From Octopus sinensis (taxonomy: Eukaryota): DNA of 64,000 nucleotides. The notes under the pieces were generated by a model. The model saw nothing but the letters and a program-made list of their open reading frames with translations. It made no database searches and was not told the origin of the DNA. The DNA is taken from positions 52,948,001 through 53,012,000 of the forward strand of contig NC_043002.1 in NCBI RefSeq assembly GCF_006345805.1, given 5' to 3'. Shown in pieces: positions 24,369-38,293 of this stretch (position 1 is the stretch's first letter; each line of letters begins with the position of its first letter). The position numbers were made by a program, and so were the translations under genes.

Positions 24369-24763
24369 AGGCGTAGGAGTGGCTGTGTGGTAAGTAGCTT
24401 GCTTACCAACCACATGGTTCCAGGTTCAGTCCCACTGTGTGGCACCTTGGGCAAGTGTCTTCTACTATAGCCTCGGGCTGACCAAAGCCTTGTGAGTGGA
24501 TTTGGTAGACAGAAACTGGAAGAAGCCCGTCGTATATATGTATATGTTTGTATGTCTGTGTTTGTTCCCCCTACATCGCTTGACAACCGGTGCTGGTGTG
24601 TTTATGTCCCCGTAACTTTGCGGTTCGGCAAAAGAGACCAATAGAATAAGTACTAGGCTTACAAAGTTCTGGGGTCGATTTGCTCGACTAAAGGCGGTAC
24701 TCCAGCATGGCCACAGTCAAATGACTGAAACAAGTAAAAGAACAAAAGAACAAGAACAAAGAA
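24369..24763 (+). mobile_element. Full-length young family A SINE
   Basis: A-box TGGCTGTGTGG, B-box GGTTCAGTCCC, CpGs retained, (AAGAAC)n tail, CATTGT TSD at 24363-24368 and 24764-24769. Confidence 0.88.
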
Positions 24764-24894
24764 CATTGTGTCAAATTTTGAAATAATACAGAAGGTATAT
24801 GTCAAACATAAACTTCTTTAGCTGCTAGTAAAAAGAGTACTTGACAATAAAGTACAAATCCAAAATCAGGTTAAAAACCCTGACTGCCTGTAAG

Positions 24895-25160
24895 CTTGGG
24901 CAAGTAACTTCCACTATAGCTTGATTGATCAAAACCTTGTGAGTGAAATTTGGTAGAAAGAATCTGTACACAAGCCTCTTCCCCCAACATCACTTGACAA
25001 CCGATGCTGGTGTGTTTACGTCCCCATCACTTAGCGCTTCGGCAAAAGAGACCGATAGAATAAGTACTAGGCTTACAAAGAATAAGTCCTAGGGTCGATT
25101 TGCTCGACTAAAGGCAGTGCTCCAGCATGGCCACAATCAAGTGACTGAAACAAGTAAAAG
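24895..25160 (+). mobile_element. 5'-truncated family A SINE
   Basis: Near-identical 3' half to the 24369 copy. Confidence 0.8.
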
Positions 25161-25290
25161 CCTGTGCATGCACGCACACACACAAATCTATGAAATTTCA
25201 GTTCATATGGAACAGTATTTTTCTCAAAGGAAACTGTCTACTTCTATTTATTCTGTTTGCCAGTATTTACAGGAATACAGATTGAGGAAA

Positions 25291-25323
<33 letters not shown>

Positions 25324-26189
25324 CCGATAATAAAGCATTTCCCTGGTTTGTTCTGGAACAAATTCTAAAAGTAATTACAATGTTACATGGATAATGGCTT
25401 GGCCTTTACACTGTTCAATAAACAAACAAACAAATAATGAAAATTTAAAGATAAGTATGCATACATATGCACAATCCAGAGAAATTCCATAATTACTGGA
25501 ATATAAATTTACGACTCCTTGATTTGAAACCAGTTTGATAAGCACTCGTACATGAAACTTTCAGCGCTTGAGTCACTGTAATTTCTGCTAATTATTAACA
25601 AAACCAAGAATCCACATAAAAAGCATTGGTGTGGATGCTTGTGCCACATGAAAAGCACTCGTGATGGTATCACGTAAAAAGTCCCTAGTACACTCTGTAC
25701 AATGGTTGGAGTTAAGAAGGGCATCCAGCTGTAGAAACCATGCCAGTTTCTGTCAAGCCATCCAACCCATGCCAGCATGGAAAACAGACATTAAATGTTG
25801 ATGATGAATGTATATATACTCATGTTTTGAGTTATAGTCTTCTGTTTGCTTCACTAAACACACACACACATCAATAGAACAGCTAAGTGAAGTGAGATAA
25901 TAGATGTTTATTCCATTTGCTTACAGCTGTTTCATAATCTTGTTAGTTATATAATGGATATTACATCAACATTCGGATGTATATAAAATATACATATACA
26001 TAAGTAATCTAGCATGGCCACAGCCAAGTGACTGAAACAAGTAAAAGAATAAAGGAATATATATATGTGTGTGTGTACACCCATACATACAACTGTGCTG
26101 AGAAGTAAACTAACAGACCAATCTTCAGAATGATTCATGGTAGTTCAAAACATCGACCCTGCTACAGTAAGAAATCTGACCCAATATAT

Positions 26190-26233
<44 letters not shown>

Positions 26234-29200
26234 GTACTCAGTAGGCTATCATTTATGATTTGCTTTGTGTGTGTGTTATAGTTGATGGTGATGATTAACA
26301 CACTAGTCATCCCTGAATAAATTGATGCTTATTTGAAGTGTCACACAGTGGGACCAACAGCCTGATTTATGTGATTGAGAAGTGAACTTTTGAACCATGC
26401 AGTCACACCTGAAGTTCAGTTATATTAAGGCAAACATGAAAGTGAAGTAAAAAGAGAAAAAAAAGGTGGTAAAAAAACAGTAATCAAATCTCTCCTTTTG
26501 TCAATACTTCAGAGTATTTACTGTTGTAACATTGACTTCTCACATTTTATTCATTTTCACATTTGCTTTATACATCTATACAGCAATTCATTCAAGAAAT
26601 ATAAGCCAAACCATTGACACATCAACTAAGCAACACTTATTAGCTAGAATAGTGAATTTAGGTGTGATCTAATAACAATTTCTGAAGAAATTGGCAATGA
26701 ACAAAGACAAGCAACTATATATGTATGTATGTATATATATATATACAAACACTGAGACTATATAGCAAAATGTTTATTACATTTTCATTGAAAACTATGA
26801 GAAATCTCATTTCAACAGAATTCTATTTTCATCAAGGGAGATTTAACTATAAAAACAAATTTAAATATAATACCCATCATATCAGCAATATAGCTCATAG
26901 TTCCTGAACTTTTGAACTCACAACTCTGGACAGAACAAGTTGTTTTAAATGAGATGAATGTTGAGTAAAATGAAAACATAGATAAAATGTATGACCAACA
27001 CTTTCATGGCCATGATTCAAATGAAATGCAATATTTACAATATTTCAATTAACTTTGAAAATAAAGAGTTATTTAAAAATATTTACTAAAATAACTTTTA
27101 CATTATTAAGCCGGTATTTCAAACATCATCATCATGATGCCTATCCATTGCCCATGTCTGCACAACTTAGAAGGGTTGTTAGTTTCAGTAAACATGTAAT
27201 CTGAGTTATTATTCTATCATCTCACACTGGCAGGCTTTCTATGGTTGAATGATTTCCTGAGCAAAACAGAGAAAACTGTGATGGAAGAGAGAGATAGGAA
27301 ACAATAGACAGCTACATGACAGTTATTGGTAGGGATGTTTAATAGAAACAGTGTGAGCAAGACTTAAATATAAATATTGATGAAACTTCAAGATTTCTTG
27401 CGTAAGATCATTGTATTTTTAATTTAAATACAATTTACAATAAGAAGTTTTGTATTTGAAAATCAGTGAGAGTCTAAAGTAAGTTGATAGGGAAAAGGTT
27501 AAAAATGGCAGATAATGCTTGCTATGTTCAAGCATTAGCATCATTTAAAAAAAAAAAGGAAACTAAAGAGGGAAAGCTTTTAATAATTTTTTTCTCTCCA
27601 CTTATCTGCTTTTAATGTTCTCATAGAATGTTAGATTTACTGATAATGGATTATGTTAAAAACTTTTAGCTTCAAACTTCGCTAGTTTCAAATAATCTTT
27701 TGGAAAGATATTGTGGGAAAGGACTAAAGTCAGTTTTATATTAACATCAGTTTTGCAGATATAACATTTTGAACTATACCAGAATATTAGGATTTAAAAT
27801 TAGAATAATTTGTTTGTTAATTATGATACCAAGCTGTAATAGGTTGAGACATCAACCACTACTAATCACGAGTTTTCCTTTTTATTAAGTAGATAAAATA
27901 TAAAATGGGTGTTATTTTAAAGTGAACTAACTTTCTACATGTAGTGGGTAAGATGACCATATGAGCAGAGCAGCTGACAAATTCTTGAATTAAAAACCTA
28001 TTGGCTGTGTTTCCTTGTATCAGAACTCTTTGTGCTTTGGTTTACCTTGCTGTCAAGAAACATAGCAAATACCATGGGAATGTTGCTTGCAACAGATTGG
28101 CATCTTTCCTAGGTAGGAGATTTATCTCTTATTCATGTTTTTGCTATGAAACCAGAGCTAAGCTACAGTAAGAAGAATGCACACTTAAAACAAATTCTCA
28201 GAAACATTATGCAATGCATTATATATAATTTTCAAAGCATATAGGATACAAAACACATACACGGGCACAATAATCCCTTGAATGTGGTGCAGCAGAGCCA
28301 TAGAGATATTATCAGCCATAATTCTATACATATTAACATTTATTTTAAGATATTCCACTAAAAGATTCATAGAGTGAATATAGTCATCACATACTGTAAT
28401 ATGTCAATACTTTAAAAGCCAGAAACTATCAAGCTGACAGAAGCAATAAAAATATTGGGAATAATGGGACAGATTTTTTTGTTTGTTTTTTTTTTCATTC
28501 CTTTTATAGTACTGAGAGGACAAAAGGTCTCAAAAATGTAAAGTAAAAGCAGTGCATTGATCAATGATTAGAATATAGTGTGTGTGTGTGGGAGAGAGAG
28601 AGAGAGAGAGATTACGCATGCACACACTTGCATATGAACCAGTTCAAAGAATTTTAGAAAAGTTTCATCTAACACAGATAAAATGCAAAATACATATATG
28701 AAGAACAACAACATTTATAGCCTATAATGTCATACTAAATACACCAATAAAGGAACTAGAATTAAATGGGAATTTCAAAGTGTATGGTAAACAGGGAGTG
28801 GAGTGTAGTAGTAGAAAATGATTTGAGAAGTGAAGAATAAAATGAAATGCAACTGAGAGGGAAGATGATTAAAGCAAATGCACAAAGAAAAATGAACTAA
28901 AACAGTTATTTCTGATCCAGAGTTTGAACCTAATATAACTAATGACAACACTTGGATAATATAACCATGAAAGCAACCATAAATGGTTTTATAAGAACAG
29001 CATATGATTAATGATACAACAGTCACAAAGAATTTTTGAGAACAGAAGAACTATTTAAAACCAGCTTCAATTTACACACTGTCCTCTTAAAAAAAAAACG
29101 AAGATGGAACACATTGAATAATATAGTCCAAGATAGCCAGTGTACAAGAGAGAGTGGTCATGGCTGGAATGACTTTAATAATAAGTATGATTAGCAAGGG

Positions 29201-30337
29201 CTGATTGGAGTCTAAACAGCAGCATGAAGACTAACAACAGAAAGCTACCAATAACAACATAGCTATACATGGAAAATTAAAAGCAATATCTGAAACCAGT
29301 ATTAATATTTCTTTTTATAATTACCAATTAATTACTAATCAATTTGCTCTGAAATAAAATTATTGACCACACAGGACCATGTTTGATTAGGTTCAATGAA
29401 AGTGTGTGGCACCTTGAGCAGACCAATAACTTTGTGAGTGGAAAAAAAATTTGGTAAATGGAAACTGTGTAAACATTTGTTTATCAGTTTTGAAATTTGA
29501 ATAAATTATACCTATATTCAGACATATGAAAATGGAATACCAAATAGAAAGAAAAAAAAAAAAGAATTTATTTGCATAAACCAGAAACCAACAAGAGAAT
29601 CAACTCTATGAGATGGCTTGTAATAGAAGCCAAACCTGTCTCTAATCAGCCCCAGTACCAATCTATTTGCCAGAAAACTTTTGTTGAGTCTTAGGAGAGA
29701 GGTATTACATCAATAAAATGAAAGCAGCTTTCAAAGTGAGTTGGAAGATCACAAGTCACTGAAGAGGTTGAGAATGGCAAGAAACAAAATAACTTAAACG
29801 AACAAACAAACCGATTGACAGTTTAACCAACACGCTAAACAAATGATCAATAAGTTAGTTGGACAGATACTTAACCAGTTGTCTAATAATAAAGAAGTGG
29901 AAGTGTACCTGTGTGTTGTTGCTATTATTGGCATAATGACTCTCCCAAAACACAAAAAAATTTGTTTCAACACATGAATTCACATAAAAAATCTTGCAAA
30001 CCAAATATAAAAACAAAATATTTATATTTTATTTTCAGACTTTCTATCATAATTTTATGAAAGACCCTTTTACTAAATTATGTTCTGAATAGTGTCTTAA
30101 GTATGACAAAGTTGATTATTTCAGTAAATCTATCCAAATAAATTGCTGGACATTTCCAAAATTGAGATACGTAGTGTATTTCATTAAAACAACCAAAAAG
30201 ACAAAATGGTCATGCCTGAAATGACTTTGGTCACAGATCTGCTCACTTAGAACTGACCTGGGGGTTAAACAACAACAGAAACAATCAAAACATTACATAA
30301 TATGCTCCAAATATAATGTCAAATAGCTGTCATAAAA

Positions 30338-30676
30338 GGGTAAAGGATAAAAACCCCCTTTGGCCATGAATGACCATGGGATTGCATTCAGAAAGTTCCC
30401 CTCCAAGGTACAAGTCCAGGTAAGATTGTTTATGAAAGACCAGCAGTTGCCCATGCATACCAGCTTCTCCTTTCCTGGATACCACTGTTATCCATGGGAA
30501 AGGCGAAAAACCAATACTGCTTGGCACCTGTGACGTCACAACTCATTTCTACAGCTGAGTGAACTGGAGCAACATGAAATAAAGTGTTTTGCTCAAGAAC
30601 ACAACACACAGCCTGGTTTGGGAATTGAACTCACTACCTCATGATTGTGAGCCCAATGTTCTAACCACTGACCCAC
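30338..30676 (-). mobile_element. Family B SINE
   Basis: Same signature as the 17335 copy. Confidence 0.8.
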
Positions 30677-30966
30677 AAGTAATCAAAATAATATGGGGGA
30701 AGAGTCAAAACTCTACTTTCATTATTGGTTTTTTCTTTTTTCTTTTAACATTATCTTTTATATTTTACTTGTTTCAGTCACTGAACTGCAACCATGCTGG
30801 GACACCACCTTGGAAGGCTCAGAAAAACAAATCAACCCTAGCACTTATTTTTAAGCCTGGTACTTATACTAATTGGTCTTTTAGGCTGAACTGTTAAGTT
30901 TCATGTAAGTAAACAAAACAACACTAGTTGTGAAACACAAGCACACATATCTATCTATCTATCTGT

Positions 30967-31189
30967 TTCTTTATTGCCCACAAGGGGCTAAACATAGATG
31001 GGACAAATAAGGATAAAGGGATTAAGTCAATTACATTGACCCCAGTGTGTAACTGGTACTTAATTTATTGACCCTGAAGGGATGAAAGGCAAAGTCGAAC
31101 TTGGTGGAATTTGAACTCAGAACGTAACTGCAGATGAAATACCACTGTGTTTCACCCGGCATGCTAATGTTTCTGCCAGCTCACCGCCT
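30967..31189 (-). mobile_element. Family C SINE with 11-bp TSD
   Basis: TATCTATCTGT at 30956-30966 and 31190-31200. Confidence 0.85.
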
Positions 31190-33595
31190 TATCTATCTGT
31201 CTGTCTGGTTCTGTCTAGTCACACACACATGGGGGATCCCCACAGTGTCTCCAGTCTACTGAATTCACTTAAATGACATAGGTCAGCACAAGTCTATAGT
31301 AGAAAATATTTGCCCAAGGTGCCATGCTGTGGCACCAAAACCATGTGGATTGCAAGGCGAGCTCCTTATCAACACACCTTATGCTTGCACCTGATTCTAC
31401 AAAACAAGTAGCAGCTTTGTTTTTACAAATACAAGTATTCTTCAATACTGACATTTATATGAAGTAGATGATTATTTCAATGCAGATATTTCAACAACCT
31501 ATCAAAGCAAGTATAGATTTTATGGTTCCATGATTTCTAACATGCTAAAATTCCCAATACTATAATAATAATAATATAATAATAATAATAATAATAATAA
31601 TGATAATAATAATGATAATGATAATAATAATAAATCAGTGAAACAGAACAGAGTATGGTAATTATCTTTTGCTAATTTACACTATTTGAATTAATTATGT
31701 ATATGGACTAGTAGCCAAGTTCCCAACCCATTCGGTCATTTCAGTTGTGTGTTGCATTTTAATGTCAGCATTTTTCACTCTTGCCAGACAAGATTATTGA
31801 TATAATAAATCAAGATGTCATGACAATGTATGAAATAAAATTACAAGACAAGAAACATGCATTCCTTTTTGCTAGCAGCTGATATGAGTGGACCTAGTTC
31901 TATCTTCCATTATATACATACACATATGTATATTATACATATATACAGACAGAGGCTGAAAGAAGTCCATTGTGTGTGTAAGTGGACATTAAACGACGAT
32001 GATCATAATGATGATGTTTCTGTCTGTGTTTGTTCTCCCACCATTGCTTGACAACCGATGTTGGTGGGTTTACATCTCTGTAACTTTGTAGTTTGGCAAA
32101 GGAAACCAATAGAGTAAGAACTAGGCTTACAAAGAATAAGTCCTGGGGTTAATTTGTTCAACTGAAAATGGTGCTCCAGCATGGCCACAATCAAATGATT
32201 GAAAAAAGTAAAAGAGTATATATGTTTGTGTGTATACACCTACTTGTGCATGCATGTATGTCTATGCATGTATATCTACGTGCATATTTGTGTATTATAT
32301 ATATATATATATACCAAGCCATAACAGGATGTCATGCAGAGGATCTTGAATACAAGACTATGGATGTGACCCTAATATTCCTAGTTAGATGGAAACTGCG
32401 GGAACATCAGGAGCAGTGCCCTGTGACTCTTGTAATATGCGCAACTGAAACCTCTATGAAGGGGAGTCCTATGGGACTACCAAGACGAGAGAGAGATAAG
32501 ATTTGGAGGGTTCAGGAAAGCCATGACACTAACCCTTCACCCCAGAATCAGCCAGCAAATTATATGCACATATGTAAATACACACACACACACACATATG
32601 AAAATAAATAAAGTGCGTGGGTATGTATAGCAACATTAAGTAAAGATAACAACACATAAAAGATAGTGTATATGCGGGTGTGCTTGTACATGTATGATAA
32701 ATGCTAGAGTGGGTAATGACGGATTGTGAAGAATTATCTCAAATTCCACTGTAGGTACTTCCTTGTATCTTGGTACAGAATACCTTAATTTCTACATTTA
32801 CTCAGTTTTTTTTATCCAATTCTTTTGGATACAATTACCACCATCATATCAAGATAGCTGATACCACCCTTTTGTTCACCCTATAAAAACAGAAATTAAG
32901 CATTTGATATATAAAACCTTGGAATTTGCAGAAGGATTAGAGCGCGTGCACACACACACACACAATATTTTTGGCATGCATAGAGAGAGAGAGAGAGAGA
33001 GAGAGCACCAAATTTGGACTTGTGCATTAGTACATGGCATTTGTCCATTGGAAAAAGAAATTGGTTTCTATTTCCAAGCTAAGTGGACTGAAGCCAATAA
33101 TATGTCAACCCACAGTGCATGTTATTTGCTGCTCTCATATGACTTCAGTTTGGGCTGAATTATAAATGTGCTTAACTAATAGCTACATCAATATTTGTAG
33201 ATGTAGAGAATAGACAATTGAATTATAAGTAATGATATTCATTTTTAGTAACCACAAAGCAATGAGATAAAACCTGCCAGCAATGACTTGGAATCAAAAT
33301 AATGGATTATTTATTAAATTTAGATGGAAAAACAGCTACAATGATTGCATTATAAAAAGCATATGTTAATTCAACTAAAATTCTATGCTCCTCCAAGTTA
33401 ATTCCTCACAGATTAAATCTTGTGAAGTAAGTGAAGAATCAATGGTTCTTAAACAGGAGGCACTTGGGAAGAATTTCAAATCTAAAACATGTAATTTCTT
33501 ACAGGGTAGAAATTGAGGTGGAATTTCAGGCAGAGGAGAACTTTCAAACAGAGCTTATTCTTTCAACAAGAGGAATATACTTTGCATGTTGTAAA

Positions 33596-33818
33596 GGGTA
33601 AAGACACCCTTTGGTCACAAATGAACATGGAATTGTACCTAAAAAGCTTCCCTCTGAGGCATAATTTTGGGCAACGTTATTTTGTGGAAGACCAGTAGCT
33701 GTCCATGCATATCAGTCTCCTCTTTCCATGGCACCACGTTGCCCAAGGGAAAGGCAAAGGGTGATACAACTTGGCACCGGTGGTGTTGCAGCTTATTTCT
33801 ACTGCTGAGTGAACCGGA
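33596..33818 (-). mobile_element. Family B SINE (partial)
   Basis: Same signature; lacks the head. Confidence 0.75.
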
Positions 33819-35240
33819 TACTGCAAGGGGAGGAATGAGAGTTGGGACTCTGAGAATCACTGTGATTAATTCTAATAAGTGAATTTAAGAAATAGTTTAG
33901 GTAACTTCGGTGTTATTTTTAGCTAATAAATCCCCCAAAGCAATAAAGTTCTAAAATTAATAGCAGTCAAAATATATTCATAACATATCTTGATTGCTTT
34001 CAACTTTAAAGATATATAAACAACTTCCTTTAATATACAGACTAATTATCCAGTCTAATTTTCTGTACCTGACTGTGACACTTTGCATCAGTTTCAAGTA
34101 CTCTTTAGAATATTCCTTAGTTGTTTAATTACACATAATGATTTCATATATAAACATGTCATGTGCATTTTCATTGCAATCTCACTTCAAATTTTCATCT
34201 TTGATAATCTTGTAAAATTCTTCAAATTCATAGGAGTTTACATACAAATTGACAAATATTTTATACTTGTTCATTCAAAAAGAACTGTAATTACAACTTC
34301 ATGCTAGAAAGAAACAAGGTTGAACTATTTTGCATAAATATCATATGAGTTGAGAAAAAATTTAGGATCATCAACAGAACTTAAAACAAATGTCTCAGTA
34401 TGATTTAATCCTTTAACATTCAGATTACTGTATCATGTAATGTTTATTTACCCACATGGTATTGACTTAATCAATGATGCAAACGTTCATTTTTAGAAAG
34501 GCATTTTAATATAGGTGTGCGAGGCCAAATCTGGTTTGTTTGAAGATAAAACAAGTAGAATATTTGAGCTGAATATGGCTAGTTAAGCACAGTGAGTCAA
34601 GTCTCAACTATGTCAGAGATCAACTTCACATCTTCCCTTTCTATACATAATTTTCCAACTGCATTGATTGAAATAAATAAAGAACTGCTCAGAAACACAG
34701 TACAACAACTTTTGTGAACAACACAAGATGGATGATTCTCTATAAACTAAGCAGTCAGGAGTTTATCCTTTAAGCCATTATTAACACTTTAAGTCTGAAG
34801 ACTTTATACAGCAATTTTAGTTCTAACAAAATGTCATAATCAGAGCTTAATGAACCTTTTACCAATTACAAATTAAAACGATAATTGCTAAACCAAATCA
34901 TAATTAATGAATATAAGATGAAAATAAAATACTGAAACTTGTTTCATACATGCACATATGTCTCCCACCCTTGCACACATACAGAGATATGCGATTAAGG
35001 AATTCATTTCACAACAACCAGGTTCAAGGATCAAACCTACTGCGTAGCACCATCTTAGGCAAGTATTTTCTACTGTAGCCTCAGGTTGATGAATTGAAAT
35101 CAACAAAACAACTAAGAGGCTGAAATAAATACTGGAATTGATATGATCAACTGAGCCCTTGAAAGCAGTGCCCCAACATGACCACATTCCAAAGACTAAA
35201 ACCAGTAAAAGAAATATATATATATATATATATATATATA

Positions 35241-35616
35241 CTGGCTGTTGAACTCACCGTTGCTTGTGTTTTCTGTGTTGAAGTTAAGCCCACCTCTGAC
35301 CTTGTATTGAATAAGCATTTCCTTAGAGACTATTCTATTGATTTTGTTGAAATTTTACATGTGAAATAATGCAAAACCTGCAGGAAAAATAACATCGTTA
35401 TGAAAATTTCCATTCAAAATGCCCAATTGAGCTCACAAAAACTGATGCCAACTGAGCATTGTTGAGTTTTTGAAAAATTCTGGCCTTATTTGAACTTCAG
35501 GCATGTGATCTACCTATGTGCCAAAAATCATTAAAATCAGTTGGACGAGGGATTGGGGGGGGGGGATGCTAGCGTAACCCAAAACAGACACTATTACACA
35601 TTTATATATATATAGA
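35241..35616 (-). mobile_element. Non-autonomous Helitron-like element (decayed)
   Basis: Minus strand A|TCTATAT 5' end at 35616. The 3' end is CCAG (mutated CTAG) with a hairpin remnant, abutting (TA)n. Confidence 0.6.
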
Positions 35617-35719
35617 TATGGCTATGTAAAGCTGTATATAACCATACATTAAAGAATTAAAGGTAATGCTATGCAACTTCATAGTAATCCTTATTATTAA
35701 TATTGTTGATATATATATA

Positions 35720-36240
35720 TCTCTCTATATATAAACGGCAGTTTGTCTGTCTGTGTGTCTGTGTGTCTGTCAGGTTGTACCCTCACCCTGACCACGGCTT
35801 TCAACCGATTCTGATGAAACTTGACACACACATAGCCCAATGTTATAATTCAAAACTAACGCAGCGAAAATTTTGAAAAGTTCCCCCAGTTCTGAAAAAA
35901 TTGATAAATTCGACATGGGGTCAAGAATTTAAGCCTTTTATTTGCAATACATTTTCTGTTGTAGTTTTCGCAACTTGGAATCGATTTTCACCAAACTCAT
36001 GGTGAAGCTTAATGTTACCCTAAGAAACTTAATTCTAACGTTAGTTTTCCATGCAATACCTTACCATCAGAAAAAATCGATAAAATCATGCTATTTTGGG
36101 AAATCGCGTTCAAATTCAAGATGACATATTTTCGACAATATCTTTCACAAATTGGCAGGAATTTTTTTAAAATTCACGGCGAGCATCATGTCTGCTCCAG
36201 GGGCTCTTACATACCCGGGCAATGCCGGGTTATGCTGCTA

Positions 36241-36241
<1 letters not shown>
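35720..36241 (+). mobile_element. Non-autonomous Helitron, termini intact
   Basis: A|TC 5' end at 35720, subterminal hairpin CCCGGGCAATGCCGGG (36214-36229), CTAG|T 3' end at 36238-36241. CpG-rich and followed by (TA)n. Confidence 0.85.
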
Positions 36242-36278
<37 letters not shown>

Positions 36279-37364
36279 ACATATGTACATACATACATTA
36301 CATATATGTATGTTCTATGCAAATTTGGCTTTAAAGCAAGTACCAAATAAGTAAATAAAGCAGGGACAGAACTCAAATTAAGATTGACCTTAAGTAAAAT
36401 TGAACATAATCTTTTGCTCTGTATTGATATTACAAGCTCTTTCAGCAGGCATTCAATCTTCTACTCCAGTATGGAATTTTAAGAATTTTGTTGGAAAGAT
36501 TCACCTTAACGTTAATATTGCTATCTCTTGTGTATATACTTCCTTAAGACAGGTGCCAAGCATTACAGAAATATAATCAGTACAAAATAGCAGAGGATAT
36601 AAAAATATTGTCAGTGCTTTAGTAAGGAAGTTGAGACATAGCAGGGCGGAGCATTGAGCTCTATCAGAGTTTGGATAGCTTTTGTAAGGTTCTGAGAAGG
36701 TAAAAATAAATAAGCACACTATGTTCAGAATAAGAAGCTAAACTAGTGAGAAATTCAGAGTGATATTCATTTCTTAGTCAAACAAATACACTTGCACACA
36801 CATCTGCTTTAGCGCTTTTTTTAAAAATATTTATTTCAGCCACTGGACTACAGCCATACTGCGGTATGGCATTCAAGGGTTAAATCAAACAAATTGGCCT
36901 TTGTAATTATTTTTCATGTCTGGAACTTATTCTATTGTTCACTTTTGGCAAAACTGATACATAACAGAAGACATAAACAAACTGACACCAATTGTCAAGA
37001 AGCAGGGGGTGGACAAACGCAAACAGAAAGACACACATACGTATATGATTACAGTGGATCCATAAAGGATCAAAGCATGTCAAAATGAAGAACATCACAA
37101 ACTGGCTAGACAGAATGATGCGAAACAGTTAAATAATCTATTATATAAGCACAGAATGCATCAATGAAAGAAGTTCACTGTTGTTAGGCAATCTACAATT
37201 ACAATAGTATCCAAATACTCACTTGTTTATTTGGTAGCCTGATGATTTGGGAGTTCATAACATATGTACAATCTAATTGTATTATACTTATGTTCCAATA
37301 AAGACTCCTAATGAATCAATTGCAGTAATACCAGGTAACCTATTCATCTGTTATTATACTCCTA

Positions 37365-37414
<50 letters not shown>

Positions 37415-37646
37415 TCATACATATATATATATATTCATACATACACATATACAGGCTTCCACAGAGTTTTCATGAACCAGATTCACTTGTAAGGCATTAG
37501 TTGGTTGAATCTACACCAGAAGATGCTCACAATGCTGAGCAGTGGAACTGAACCCAAAACTATGTGTTTGCAAAGTGAGCTTCTTAACCACAAAGACAAG
37601 TCTATAAGCTAGGAGAAACCATTTTCTGAACACACACACACACGTT

Positions 37647-37705
<59 letters not shown>

Positions 37706-38078
37706 TCTCATCCTCAGACATATAAGATACAAAACAGCGCAGTGTTCCATTAAAAATAAATAATAATATATATATATTCTATAGAAAACAAAGTGAACTG
37801 AACTGTAACAGTTACAGTGTTCCCTGTTTTTTTTTTTTACATATAATTAAATTGCTAGCATGGATGGCAGACAGATCTTTAAGTCAACAATTGTCTTTTA
37901 TACAGGATAGAATCCGCTCTTATCAACAAACACTCGGCTAACTGTGAAATAAGTTTGGATTATATAGTCAGTTGTGTGTGTGTGTGTGTATTTGACGCTA
38001 TATGCAAAACTACATTATCCAGTGTTCTTTGCCTTTTAAGACAAAATACTGTGATTTCAAGCAGATTTGGTTGCTAAT

Positions 38079-38293
38079 TTAACCCTTTAGTTTTCAGATT
38101 GTTCTGTCAAATGTAATGCTTATTTAATCATATTGTTCTGAATTAATCATGCATTATCTCATAGCTTTGATACTTTAATGGTGTGATTGTTTATTTTTAG
38201 AATGACATTGTAGAGTAGGCATGAGAGGCCCAATCTCACCAGTTTAAACATAAAATACATAAAATATAGCTGGTTTAAATGTTAGAGGTTTAA
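38079..38293. mobile_element. piggyBac-like MITE (family F)
   Basis: TTAA-CCCTTTAG ... TTAGAGGT-TTAA. Related copies at 55252-55477 (opposite orientation) and 34405-34586. Confidence 0.7.

Noticed and set aside
32168-32611. Longest ORF (147 aa)
   Set aside because: Chimeric: SINE tail plus (TA) microsatellite plus an unclassified GC-richer insert plus (CA)n. Antisense to NCX, with no motif.
33505-33597. Plus-strand open segment VEIEVEFQAEENFQTELILSTRG after a good acceptor
   Set aside because: Wrong strand for NCX, the donor is supplied by the SINE junction, and I recognise no homology.
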